A stretch of DNA of 64,000 nucleotides from a virus. Lineage: Duplodnaviria; Caudoviricetes. This document shows positions 10,211-19,689 of this stretch, piece after piece. Location of the stretch: positions 32,001-96,000 of the IMG/VR virus record IMGVR_UViG_3300028591_000108, one strand, 5' to 3'. Each line of letters opens with the position of its first letter. Positions within the stretch are counted from its first letter, which is position 1. Made by a program: the position numbers and the translations under genes. The notes under the pieces were generated by a model. It was not told the DNA's origin. It searched no databases and saw only the letters and a list, made by a program, of their open reading frames with translations.

Positions 10211-10441
10211 ATGAGAATGACGAATACCATCATGGTACTGTACGGCAAGAATGAAGATGGAGATGAACTGTTCGATAATCTGGATGAAGTAGAAGCATAT
10301 CATCTGTTCAATGAGCTGGTGAGTAATGCGAATACTTGTAACTATGCCGCTATCCGTTGGTATAGTGACGAGGGCACATACAAAATGTATGTAGATTTTG
10401 ACTCTAATCGCAATATCCGGGAAGAGATTAAGAACTGGTAA
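10211..10441 (+). CDS. Hypothetical protein
   Basis: RBS AAAGGAG. Confidence 0.7.
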   Translation: MRMTNTIMVLYGKNEDGDELFDNLDEVEAYHLFNELVSNANTCNYAAIRWYSDEGTYKMYVDFDSNRNIREEIKNW

Positions 10442-10455
10442 GGGAGGAAGAAAAA

Positions 10456-10656
10456 ATGGAAAATAAGACTTACAATAAAAACGGTATTGGCTTCTGCGGT
10501 CTGCTCACTATCGCCTTCATTGTCCTGAAACTGTGTGGTGTTATTAACTGGAGTTGGGTCTGGGTACTCGCCCCTCTGTGGATTGCTTGGGGACTTATCT
10601 TTATTATTCTTGGAATTGTATGTCTCGTTACCTTCATCCGTGACAGGTACTTCTAA
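10456..10656 (+). CDS. Small two-TM phage membrane protein
   Basis: GIGFCGLLTIAFIVLKLCGVINWSWVWVLAPLW motif common in phages. Confidence 0.8.
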   Translation: MENKTYNKNGIGFCGLLTIAFIVLKLCGVINWSWVWVLAPLWIAWGLIFIILGIVCLVTFIRDRYF

Positions 10657-10774
10657 TGCGGGAAACCGCATTTCATTTTCTATATTAGATGTAATACATC
10701 TAAAACAATCGTTTGACATTTTCCTTAATCTATGCTAATATATACTTGTTCCGAGGGGAACAGAAAGAGAGGAA

Positions 10775-11224
10775 ATGAGAATGAAGATTTATTTCGACAT
10801 GGACGGGACAATTGCTGATCTGTATGCCGTGGAAAATTGGCTCCCGAAACTGAGGGCTTCTGACGCTTCTCCTTATGAAGAAGCTGAGGTGATGCTCAAT
10901 ATGAGCTTGCTTGCTCGATACCTGAATAAGCTCCAGAAGCTCGGCTATGAAATCGGAATCATTAGCTGGACTTCCAAGGGCGGTACTGAGCAGTATAATC
11001 GAGCGGTTGAAGCCGCTAAGCTGAGCTGGCTTCGTGCCCACCTGCGTAGCGTTTCCTTCGATGAAATTTATATTGTAGAGTATGGTACTCCGAAGCAGGA
11101 TTTCGCCGATGAAGATGACATTCTGTTTGATGATAATGAAGAAATCAGAAATGACTGGACAGGCGAAGCATATGACCCTTCCGAAATCCTTTCTATTCTC
11201 TCTGGGTTACTCCATCAGGAGTAA
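10775..11224 (+). CDS. HAD-superfamily phosphatase, 5'(3')-deoxyribonucleotidase-like
   Basis: IYFDMDGTIADL motif I, IISW motif II, K...LFDDN motifs III/IV. Confidence 0.8.
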   Translation: MRMKIYFDMDGTIADLYAVENWLPKLRASDASPYEEAEVMLNMSLLARYLNKLQKLGYEIGIISWTSKGGTEQYNRAVEAAKLSWLRAHLRSVSFDEIYIVEYGTPKQDFADEDDILFDDNEEIRNDWTGEAYDPSEILSILSGLLHQE

Positions 11225-11511
11225 CCCAATTTCATTTCTGGGAATTAGATGTAATACATCTAAATCAAATACTTGCATTTTCCCAAATTTGTGATATACT
11301 GTAATTGTTCCAAGGGGAGAGGAAAATGAAGTGCCATGCACAGACACGCATTTATGCGATAGGACAGGCGCAATACGAAAACCTCACTTGCAAGTCCCTA
11401 AAGAACAAAAAGAAATTTCAAAAAAACACTTGACAAGCTCGAAAACCTATGGTATAATAACTACGAAAACAGGGGAAGGAAAACCCCCACAAACCAGAAA
11501 GGGAACTGATT

Positions 11512-11832
11512 ATGAAGAAGACCACCATGAACACCATCCTGTCTCTGATTGCCACCATCGACACTCCCGAAGCCGAAGCTGTTCGGACTGAGCTGACCGC
11601 TGAACTGAACCGCGGAAAGGCCAAAGCTGAAGCCAATCGGACTATCTATGGCGAGATTCACGATGCCGTGATCAAAGTTCTGAAGTCCGCTATTGCTCCC
11701 GTGACTGCCCAGGAGCTGGCTGACGAGACGGGGTATGCCAAGGGCAAGGTCGTCTACGGTCTGACCAATTACTGGACTGATGAAGTCGAGAAGATCGAAG
11801 GCAAGACTAACACTTACGTTCTCAAGGCGTAA
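11512..11832 (+). CDS. Winged-helix DNA-binding protein (paralog 1)
   Basis: PVTAQELADETGYAKGKVVYGL...EGKTNTY; close to 15302 and 17051. Confidence 0.7.
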   Translation: MKKTTMNTILSLIATIDTPEAEAVRTELTAELNRGKAKAEANRTIYGEIHDAVIKVLKSAIAPVTAQELADETGYAKGKVVYGLTNYWTDEVEKIEGKTNTYVLKA

Positions 11833-12001
11833 TTCCTTTCCTCTCGGGCGCTTCGGCGCCCTTTTATTTTAGAGTAGTTTTAGATGTATTACATCTAAAA
11901 TTGTATACAGTATACATTGTTGACAAAAAATAAAATTTATGATATAATTTCCTTGGAAATCAGGAGAAGGATACTCCTAAAACCGGAAGGAGAGATTTGA
12001 A

Positions 12002-12406
12002 ATGACGAAAGCACAGCTTGAAACCGCAATCCGTAATGACTTCCTGACCGCTATTTCTACTTTTATTTCCGAAAGCCGAGACACCGATGTACTTTCTGTT
12101 AGCACAAGCGAACTCGCTGTTCCTTGCCTTGATGCTATGGGCAACGAAAAATGGGTACTGATTAAGGTTTCTATTCCTCGTGGTACTCGCAACGGTGAAG
12201 GTGGTTATGACCCCTATGATGGTTATTCCGCCGCCGAAGATTACCAGATCGAACAGGCGGACAAGGCCGAAAAGAAAGCCAAAGCCGAAGAAAAGAAACA
12301 GGCGAAAATTGCAAAAGACCAGAAAGCAAGGGAAGAGAAGAAAGCCCTCGCCGAAGCGAATAAGGGCTTGAAGGAACTCCGCAAGATTAAAACTGAAGGG
12401 GAATAA
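12002..12406 (+). CDS. Hypothetical protein with K/A/E-rich coiled C-terminus
   Basis: RBS; similar architecture to 12537. Confidence 0.8.
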   Translation: MTKAQLETAIRNDFLTAISTFISESRDTDVLSVSTSELAVPCLDAMGNEKWVLIKVSIPRGTRNGEGGYDPYDGYSAAEDYQIEQADKAEKKAKAEEKKQAKIAKDQKAREEKKALAEANKGLKELRKIKTEGE

Positions 12407-12536
12407 TCCCCTTCTTTTTCTGAAAGGTTATTAGATGTAATACATCTAATTCTTCTTATTGACACTTTTTAAATTTCATGCTATACTATGCGTGAAAGGT
12501 GAAGGAAAACACCAGAAAACCAGAAAGGAATTTGAA

Positions 12537-12881
12537 ATGGCTAAGATTTCTAAGACCGTGGTTGATAAGGCTCTGCGTGATACTGTGTTCTCTGACCTCT
12601 TTACTGATGGATTAAAGGAAGATGGTTATACCAAAATCAATGATCGTCAGTGGGGCGTTCTCATTCAGGATTTGAATGGCGTCCAGCGGTATGTGCGTAT
12701 CGGCGCTATCGTTGCCGAAGAGCGTGAGGATATGACCGCCGAAGAGCTTATGCAGAACGAAATTGCCGCTTACGAAGCGAAGCAGGCAGACAAGGAAGCC
12801 AAGGCGCAGGCTCGCGCCGAAAAGGCGAAGAAGGATAAGGAGCGCAGAGCAAAGGAAAAGGAGGCAAAAGAAAATGCGTGA
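12537..12881 (+). CDS. Hypothetical protein with K/A/E-rich coiled C-terminus
   Basis: RBS AAAGGA; similar to 12002. Confidence 0.8.
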   Translation: MAKISKTVVDKALRDTVFSDLFTDGLKEDGYTKINDRQWGVLIQDLNGVQRYVRIGAIVAEEREDMTAEELMQNEIAAYEAKQADKEAKAQARAEKAKKDKERRAKEKEAKENA

Positions 12882-13107
12882 TTTATGGGCAGACTTCAAC
12901 CCTGCCCAACAGCAAATTTTTCAGCAGAATCTAAACAAGATTATACAATCGTGGAAAGATAATAGAGATTGCTTTGTCTGTAAATTTTGCCGTGACATTT
13001 CCGATAAGTGGAATACTTGCCACCTCTGTCAGCAGACCAATGACCTTATACCAGAAGAACATACTTGTTTACTGTGGGATTTGAAGGAGGAAGAAGAAAA
13101 TGTTTGA
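12874..13107 (+). CDS. Cys-rich hypothetical protein
   Basis: CFVCKFC...CHLC; overlaps stop of previous gene. Confidence 0.6.
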   Translation: MRDLWADFNPAQQQIFQQNLNKIIQSWKDNRDCFVCKFCRDISDKWNTCHLCQQTNDLIPEEHTCLLWDLKEEEENV

Positions 13108-13276
13108 TGAAGAAAAGTGCCCCTTTTGCGGTTGTGAAGACTACAAGGTTGACGACTACTGGGATAACTTCGATGAAGAGAGCGGTGAGCGAGTATGGGC
13201 GTGTACCTGTTCCAATTGCCACAGACAATATGAGATTACCTATACATACGAATGTACGAGAATTACAGTAAGTTAG
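13100..13276 (+). CDS. Zn-ribbon protein ending in TAG
   Basis: MFDEEKCPFCG...CSNC; RBS AAGGAGG; TAG inside AAGTTAGC-GCGA-GCTAACTT hairpin. Confidence 0.65.
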   Translation: MFDEEKCPFCGCEDYKVDDYWDNFDEESGERVWACTCSNCHRQYEITYTYECTRITVS

Positions 13277-13437
13277 CGCGAGCTAACTTCATTTTTTTAT
13301 GCTTAGATGTAATACATCTAAAATCTACTCTTGCATTTTCCCATATTTCTGTTATAATATACTTGTTCCTGATGAGGGGCACAAAGTGAGGAGAAGGAAA
13401 ACTCCCGTAATGAAACCCACGGCAGAAAGGACTCTAT

Positions 13438-14427
13438 ATGGCTCGTAAGGAAATGCGGTATCTGGTTCTCGATTGCGAAACTGCGACTCTTCCCTTTGCG
13501 TCTGAACTTGCAAATGGTGATGCAGAAAAGAAGAAGAAAATTGCTATTGCCCGCCCTCTGATTTATGATATCGGATGGACCATTACCAATCGCAAGGGCG
13601 AAATTCTGGATAGCAAGCAGTTTCTGATTGCAGAAACTTTCTCTGTTCCGTCTGTATTCAATACCGCATATTACGCCGAAAAGCGGCCGATCTATCTGGA
13701 AATGCTTCAGCGCAAAGAAACCAGTATTAAGACATGGTATGAAGTTGCCAGTCTGTTGGAACAGGATATGCAAAAAGTTAATGCTGTCGGCGCTTACAAT
13801 TCCATGTTTGATTTCAAAAAGGCTATCCCTTTCACGGAGCTTTATATAAATAAACTGTACAGTCCCGAATATCAGGCTTGGGAGCGTACTCAGCGCAATC
13901 TGTGCTATAAGATTATGAATGAACGATATCAGAAGAATGAAGACAAGGAATTTGATAGCGAAACGTTCAAATTCCGTGGTAATGAATACCCTCTGTTCGA
14001 TCTCTGGGGACTTGCTACTAAACATCTTCTGAACAATGTTTCTTATAAGAAGCAGTGTCTGACTAATGAGATGCTCACGGCAAGCGGAACTTTCTTTAAG
14101 ACGAGCGCAGAAGCAACTTTCCGGTATCTGATGGATAAGTATGACTTCAACGAAGCGCATACCGCTCTCGATGATGCTACTATTGAAACTTATATTCTGA
14201 GCCAGATTGCAAAGAAAAGCGCAATTACTCTTGGGATTATCTTCTTCCCTTTCAGGGAACTTGGAACAACGGATGAATTTGTTCTGAGACTGAAAAAGCC
14301 GAAGCAGGAAGAAATTAAAATCGTGATTGATGCTATGGCGCATTATCTGACTACTAAAGAACCGTCCGCATATACTGCTCATATTCAGAATATCGTTTCT
14401 TGCCTGACAGAGTACCTCCCCATGTGA
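13438..14427 (+). CDS. DEDDh 3'-5' exonuclease (DnaQ/RNase T-like)
   Basis: LVLDCETAT (ExoI), AYNSMFD (ExoII), HTALDDA (ExoIII). Confidence 0.85.
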   Translation: MARKEMRYLVLDCETATLPFASELANGDAEKKKKIAIARPLIYDIGWTITNRKGEILDSKQFLIAETFSVPSVFNTAYYAEKRPIYLEMLQRKETSIKTWYEVASLLEQDMQKVNAVGAYNSMFDFKKAIPFTELYINKLYSPEYQAWERTQRNLCYKIMNERYQKNEDKEFDSETFKFRGNEYPLFDLWGLATKHLLNNVSYKKQCLTNEMLTASGTFFKTSAEATFRYLMDKYDFNEAHTALDDATIETYILSQIAKKSAITLGIIFFPFRELGTTDEFVLRLKKPKQEEIKIVIDAMAHYLTTKEPSAYTAHIQNIVSCLTEYLPM

Positions 14428-14536
14428 GGTACTCCTTTTTTCTCCCGAAATATTAGATGTATTACATCTAACTATATCTCTTGACTATTTTTCCTTCCTA
14501 TAGTATACTTGTATCATCAAAGAGGAGGTAGGAGCG

Positions 14537-15046
14537 ATGAAAGATTACGAAATTCAGGCCAGAACGTTGCTTCAGAAACTTTATCCTTACATTGAGCATC
14601 TGACTGATGTTTGGAGCATTGACAATGCTATTACGGAGTTTAATTATAAGAATGAAACTCAAATTGAATTGAAATATGGTTCTACCCGTATCGCGCTCAT
14701 TTGCAATGATTTCGTCATTAAATTTAACTATAACGGTTGGGGTTCCGGCCGTTTTGGAAATGGTGCCAGTGAAGTGCGTATGTACCGTAAAGCAGTCAAA
14801 GACGGTTTCGGATATTTGTTTGCTCCCATTGTTCCTGTCCGCAAAGGATATAATCGTACTTTCTATATTATGCCTAAAATTCATGATATTGGCAAGTGCG
14901 ATGAAAATGCCGAAGAGTTCTTGAATGGCGAAGAGTACGATTATATTGACAGTAATATTGGAGATACTCACTATGAAAATTATGGTTGGGAAGATGGCCA
15001 TATTGTATTAATTGATTATGCGTATAATATCACACTCTGGCAGTAA
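14537..15046 (+). CDS. Minimal protein-kinase-like protein
   Basis: YGSTR...FVIK, E, DTHYENYG catalytic loop, LIDYA. Confidence 0.7.
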   Translation: MKDYEIQARTLLQKLYPYIEHLTDVWSIDNAITEFNYKNETQIELKYGSTRIALICNDFVIKFNYNGWGSGRFGNGASEVRMYRKAVKDGFGYLFAPIVPVRKGYNRTFYIMPKIHDIGKCDENAEEFLNGEEYDYIDSNIGDTHYENYGWEDGHIVLIDYAYNITLWQ

Positions 15047-15301
15047 GCCAGAGTTTCTCTATTAGATGTATTACATCTAAAACCAATTGTTGACTTTTTC
15101 TAAAATTGTGATATACTATAATTGTTCCGAGGGGAAAGGGAATCCTCCTGCTGGGAGATGAAGCACCTAATGTGAGATAGGGTGCGGGGACTCACAAAGT
15201 TGAAAAAACTTTCCCTTTCCCCTTGACAAAATCCCAAATCTATGATATACTAATCACGAACAAAGGGAAGGACACCCTACAAACCAGAAAGGAATTTGAC
15301 G

Positions 15302-15622
15302 ATGAAGAAAGTTACTATCGAGACTCTGGTTGCCTATCTGAACGGTGAGACTGTGACCAATCTGGATGAAATCAAGGCTGAACTGGAAGCCGAACTGAAC
15401 AAGGGCAAAGCGCAGAAGGAAGCTAATCAGGCGATTTACGCCGAGATTCATGATGCCGTGATCGAAGCCCTGGCTTCTGCGGAAAATCCCGTTACCGCTC
15501 AGGAACTGGCCGATGAGACTGGTTACCCGAAGGGTAAGATCGTATATGGTCTGTCTCACTACTGGAACGAAGAGATCAAGAAGATCGAGGGTAAGGTTAA
15601 TTCCTACGCTCTCAAGGCGTAA
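15302..15622 (+). CDS. Winged-helix DNA-binding protein (paralog 2)
   Basis: IYAEIHDAVI...PVTAQELADETGYPKGKIVYGL. Confidence 0.7.
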   Translation: MKKVTIETLVAYLNGETVTNLDEIKAELEAELNKGKAQKEANQAIYAEIHDAVIEALASAENPVTAQELADETGYPKGKIVYGLSHYWNEEIKKIEGKVNSYALKA

Positions 15623-15688
15623 ACTTTCCCTCCCACGAGGATTTCTAAGGGCTTTCAGTGTGGCTAAACAACATAAGCCCTTCTATAT

Positions 15689-15799
15689 GGGAAGTGCAAG
15701 CTACTTCAGGGTTGTAGCCACCAAGTTTCGGAAGAAACAGAGTGAATGAGTGGAAACGCGATGACGCCCACTGGAGTTCAAATCTCCCACTTTCCACCA
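15689..15799 (+). ncRNA. tRNA-like RNA (8-bp acceptor/4-bp T-stem, G3-U70, encoded CCA, no anticodon loop)
   Basis: GGGAAGTG pairs with CACTTTCC-A-CCA; T-arm GGAG-TTCAAAT-CTCC; D-like arm GCTAC-TTCAGGGTT-GTAGC; central GTTTC-GGAA-GAAAC. Confidence 0.55.
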
Positions 15800-16014
15800 G
15801 AAGAGTTTTCGGGAGTACAGTTCTCTTGGGCGAAAAACAAAACTGCTCTCTGACGGGTATCAAAGATACCGCCAACCGCCTTCGGGCGGTATTTTTTTTC
15901 AAATAAATTTAGATGTATTACATCTAAATATATCTCTTGCGCTTTTCCCGTAATATGATATACTATTAGCATGAAGTGAAGGAATAACACTATAAAACCA
16001 GAAAGGCAATTAAT

Positions 16015-16767
16015 ATGAATGTACTGGTACTGGATACGGAAACCACCTCTCTTGACAAGCCCTTTTGTTATGACTGTTCATGGGTTATCATGAATACCGA
16101 TTCCGGCGAATTGGTTGATTTTTCTGCTAATGTTATTGAACAGGTATGGCATAATCTTCCCCTGTTTGAATCCTCCTATTATAAGGAAAAGCGCCCCAAA
16201 TATATCACTATGATGCGCAATCATTCCGCTTGTATGGATAAATGGGGCTATGTTATGAAGAAATTAGCAAGAGCTATTCGCCAGTATAATATCACTGATG
16301 TTTATGCTTATAACAGCGACTTCGATGATAAAGTAATTATTTTTAATTGCGATTGGTATAAATGTAATAATCCCCTTGAAACTGTAGCTATTCATGATAT
16401 TTGGGGATATGCGAGTGCTTATGTAACAGGCACAAAAACATATAAAGCATTTTGTGAAAAGTATTCTCGTTTTACTGATACCGGCAACTATAAAGGTAGT
16501 GCAGAAGTAGTATACCAGTATCTTACAAATAACCCCGATTTCATTGAAGAGCATATGGGACTGTTTGACAGTGAAATTGAAGCACAGATTCTGTACGCTT
16601 GTATGCAGATGGGCGCTAACTGGGGCGAAGATTTGAAAGTAAATAAAATTCTCCCCAGAGTACAAGAAACACCGTTTACAATTAAAGTCAATGGCGAAGA
16701 ATTGTATCAGGGGAAATATGTTAAGAAATATGTACGTAATGGTACTTATTCCTTCACAACTCTGTAA
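16015..16767 (+). CDS. DEDDh 3'-5' exonuclease (paralog of 13438)
   Basis: LVLDTETT, AYNSDFD, HMGLFDS; shared YYxEKRP.Y and KxSAE motifs. Confidence 0.85.
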   Translation: MNVLVLDTETTSLDKPFCYDCSWVIMNTDSGELVDFSANVIEQVWHNLPLFESSYYKEKRPKYITMMRNHSACMDKWGYVMKKLARAIRQYNITDVYAYNSDFDDKVIIFNCDWYKCNNPLETVAIHDIWGYASAYVTGTKTYKAFCEKYSRFTDTGNYKGSAEVVYQYLTNNPDFIEEHMGLFDSEIEAQILYACMQMGANWGEDLKVNKILPRVQETPFTIKVNGEELYQGKYVKKYVRNGTYSFTTL

Positions 16768-17050
16768 CATATGGGCGCATCTGCGCCCGTATCATATTTA
16801 GATGTAATACATCTAATAGAAACACTTGCGTTTTTCTGAAATTTGAGTATAATAATAATTGTTCCGAGGAGATGAAGGAACAGACCAAGTGCTCAATGGG
16901 TATTATCTGGCCCGAGCGTGTGGACTTCTGCAGTTCGCCACACAAAATTCCCCGAAAAAAATGCTTGACAAAAGCAAAAATCCATGATATAATAACTACG
17001 AAAGATGAAGAGAAGGAAAACTCTTAAAAAACCAGAAAGGAATTTTGAAA

Positions 17051-17377
17051 ATGAAGATCACCACCTACGCCACCGTTTACTCCTTCCTGACTGCTAATGG
17101 TTTCGACAATGCTGAGATTCTCGCTGAGTTCGAGAAGGAACTGAATCGCAACGCTGAAGCGAAGCAGGCGAAGGAAACCCTGTACGCCGAAGCTAAGCCC
17201 ATTGTTCTGGGTGCGATGGACGCTCCTGCCACGATTACCGAGATTTTCGAAGCGGTGAAGGAGACTCTGCCCGATGGCTTCACGAAGGGCAATCTCCAGT
17301 ATGCGGTGACTCGTCTGTGGAAGGACGAGGTTGAAAAGACCGAGGGCAAGGTCAACACCTACGCTCGCAAGACGTAA
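17051..17377 (+). CDS. Winged-helix DNA-binding protein (paralog 3)
   Basis: PATITEIFEAV...FTKGNLQYAVTRLW...EGKVNTY. Confidence 0.65.
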   Translation: MKITTYATVYSFLTANGFDNAEILAEFEKELNRNAEAKQAKETLYAEAKPIVLGAMDAPATITEIFEAVKETLPDGFTKGNLQYAVTRLWKDEVEKTEGKVNTYARKT

Positions 17378-17519
17378 TACCACCGAACACCCTCCCTTAC
17401 GGGAGGGTTTCTTTTATTTCAAATTATTAGATGTGTTACATCTAATTTCTCATATTGACATTCTCCCATAATGTGGTATAATGGCATTGTTCCAAGAGGA
17501 TAGAAAGGATGGATTGAAA

Positions 17520-17726
17520 ATGATTGGAAAATGGTGCAAAGAACATAGTATTACTTATGATTATGAAGATATAATTAAAACGCTTGCGCAATATGTATCA
17601 GGAATGGATGGCTCTACACTTACTAAAGCAGATGGTAAAGCCTTACATAAAATGTATGAAATTAATCCAGAAATTCTAAGTTTACTATGCAATGCTTTTG
17701 AAGATAAAGGCTATGAATCATTTTAA
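17520..17726 (+). CDS. Hypothetical protein
   Basis: RBS AAAGGATGG. Confidence 0.65.
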   Translation: MIGKWCKEHSITYDYEDIIKTLAQYVSGMDGSTLTKADGKALHKMYEINPEILSLLCNAFEDKGYESF

Positions 17727-17750
17727 GGAATAGAAAGGGATAGGACGAGA

Positions 17751-17990
17751 ATGAAGATTGAATTTAATGTTCACGGCGTATTTGACTTTGACTTTAGCGA
17801 GAAACGGCAGGAAGAATTACTTCAAGATGCAAAGAGCTATCCGGGCGGTATAGTTTCTCTCTTGCTTGATAATTTGGAAATTGCACGCGATGAAGTTTCA
17901 ACGGAAAGTATTTTTACCATTGACCCTTACCAATTTGCTAAAATGCTTAGCGTATTGATAAAAAAAGAAAAAGAAGAAAATGCTCCCTGA
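17751..17990 (+). CDS. Hypothetical protein
   Basis: Stop in AAATGCTC-CCTGA-GAGCATTT hairpin. Confidence 0.7.
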   Translation: MKIEFNVHGVFDFDFSEKRQEELLQDAKSYPGGIVSLLLDNLEIARDEVSTESIFTIDPYQFAKMLSVLIKKEKEENAP

Positions 17991-18106
17991 GAGCATTTTT
18001 ATTTTACAACTATTAGATGTATTACATCTAAAGTACAATATTGACTTTTCTTATAATTCTGATATAATAAGATTGTTCCAAGAGGAACAGAAAGGATGGA
18101 GCGAAA

Positions 18107-18343
18107 ATGAAAATCTACGCTGTTGAATGTATCAGTGGTGAAGTAATGGGGCCTTGTGGGCTTTTTTCTACGATGAATCTTGCTATCAGTGAAACTATTC
18201 ATCGTAATAGTTTTCGTACTGATACTCCTACCATTGAGATGAATGATATTGACGCAGGAATTGTTTACGAAGGCAATGATGATTATAACTATACCGAATA
18301 TTATATTAGAGAATATGAACTGAATAAATGGGAGGAGAATTGA
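18107..18343 (+). CDS. Hypothetical protein
   Basis: RBS GGAG; context. Confidence 0.7.
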   Translation: MKIYAVECISGEVMGPCGLFSTMNLAISETIHRNSFRTDTPTIEMNDIDAGIVYEGNDDYNYTEYYIREYELNKWEEN

Positions 18344-18345
18344 AA

Positions 18346-18513
18346 ATGAAGTGGTATCGTATTAAGTATGGTTGGAACTTTTATCATATCAGAAATCCCT
18401 TTACGATGTGGCGCTTTTATCATGACGAAGAAGCAAGCGGGTGGTGTGATCGCCTTCACGCCCTCATTAACCGCAGTGAACGGGAAGGATGTGTTGAGAA
18501 TGCAGACAATTAA
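18346..18513 (+). CDS. Small hypothetical protein
   Basis: RBS GGAGGAG. Confidence 0.55.
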   Translation: MKWYRIKYGWNFYHIRNPFTMWRFYHDEEASGWCDRLHALINRSEREGCVENADN

Positions 18514-18757
18514 GAATTGGTTCGGTATCGAAACCGCTTACCGCTTTGAATGGAATGACGTTCGGTGTGGAATTACCATTCTCAACGTGATTCTGATTAT
18601 GCTCTTCGGTTTGCAGGTATCATGGTTCGGCCTTGCCGTTGCTCTCTTCGGCGTATGTAAAGACTTGTCCCAGCATCGACACATCAATGATGTTTTAATG
18701 CATCTCTCAAGCGTAGTTCTCAATCTTTATTTCCTTTCCCTCCTTTATGGCGGTTAA
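18500..18757 (+). CDS. Membrane protein
   Basis: Three hydrophobic segments; stop in terminator. Confidence 0.7.
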   Translation: MQTIKNWFGIETAYRFEWNDVRCGITILNVILIMLFGLQVSWFGLAVALFGVCKDLSQHRHINDVLMHLSSVVLNLYFLSLLYGG

Positions 18758-18868
18758 ACCGCCATTTCATATTTAGATGTTTAACATCTAAATTAAGCGA
18801 TTGACTTTTCCTAAATTTGTGGTATATTATAATTGTTCTGAAGAGAACGGAAAGGAAGGAAAAATATA

Positions 18869-19129
18869 ATGGATATGGAAACAAGAGTCTATACAATCAG
18901 TCTTTATAATTATCATGGCGAAACTTATGAAGAGCGTTACTTTCAGATGAAACACGCGCTCGCCCGCTTCATTGAATTACAAGAAGAGGGCAAAACGCAT
19001 GATGAGTTTAAGTTTGACCAAGATTACTTTAAGTTCTTCGACGCCGATTATAATGAATATTGTACTTATATTGCTTTTACTAATTGCGCTCTCAAAGATT
19101 TATTTGTGGATGAAATGGAGGCAAAATAA
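18869..19129 (+). CDS. Hypothetical protein
   Basis: RBS; context. Confidence 0.7.
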   Translation: MDMETRVYTISLYNYHGETYEERYFQMKHALARFIELQEEGKTHDEFKFDQDYFKFFDADYNEYCTYIAFTNCALKDLFVDEMEAK

Positions 19130-19324
19130 ATGAGTGAGTTTGAAACTATGTGCCGTATGATTACCAAGTTCCCTCCTCGGAATGAATATGGCGAAGACCA
19201 GTATAAAATAAAGAAAATCCGTAAAGGGCATATTATTTATTTTGCCACTGATGATTCTTATTGTTGGGCAAGTTTATATTTCAATTCCGAAGGTAAATTT
19301 ATAGGCTTCTGCTCGCCCGACTGA
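19130..19324 (+). CDS. Hypothetical protein
   Basis: RBS GGAGG. Confidence 0.65.
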   Translation: MSEFETMCRMITKFPPRNEYGEDQYKIKKIRKGHIIYFATDDSYCWASLYFNSEGKFIGFCSPD

Positions 19325-19404
19325 AAACAATTAAATGCGCCCTTATGGGCGCATTTTCTCTAAAGAGAATTAGATGTATTACATCTAATAATAAAATGCC
19401 CTGC

Positions 19405-19689
19405 TTACCGCAAGGCATTTTTTACTTTATCCCAAAACGATGGTACTTCAATATAGAAATCAGATACACCAACTTTATAATACGGTATTTTTATACCATT
19501 CTGTTCTTTCAAATACCACAGTTCATCATAGTCAGGATGCGTAGGATACCATTGCGCTTTTCCTACTTCATAATAGATTCCAATAATATTCTCATCGCTA
19601 AGATAACCTTCATACTCTTCTGCTCCAATAATTTCCTCATCAGTCCACGGACAATAGAGAATGATACGCTTTTTCTTAATCTTTTTCAC
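19405..19689 (-). CDS. Hypothetical protein (inverted block)
   Basis: RBS GGAGGT; GTGA overlap with upstream gene. Confidence 0.7.
   Translation of the reverse strand: MKKIKKKRIILYCPWTDEEIIGAEEYEGYLSDENIIGIYYEVGKAQWYPTHPDYDELWYLKEQNGIKIPYYKVGVSDFYIEVPSFWDKVKNALR

Noticed and set aside
13366-13430. Hammerhead ribozyme (CTGATGAG...GAAAC)
   Set aside because: I could not form stems I-III around the core. The segment is better explained by the TSS hairpin and the AAGGA-loop motif.
13318-14382. 354-aa minus-strand ORF
   Set aside because: It is the antisense shadow of the exonuclease gene, with no RBS or motifs.
15689-15799. Canonical or amber-suppressor tRNA, or tmRNA
   Set aside because: There is no 7-nt anticodon loop or CTA anticodon, and it is too short to hold a tmRNA tag reading frame.
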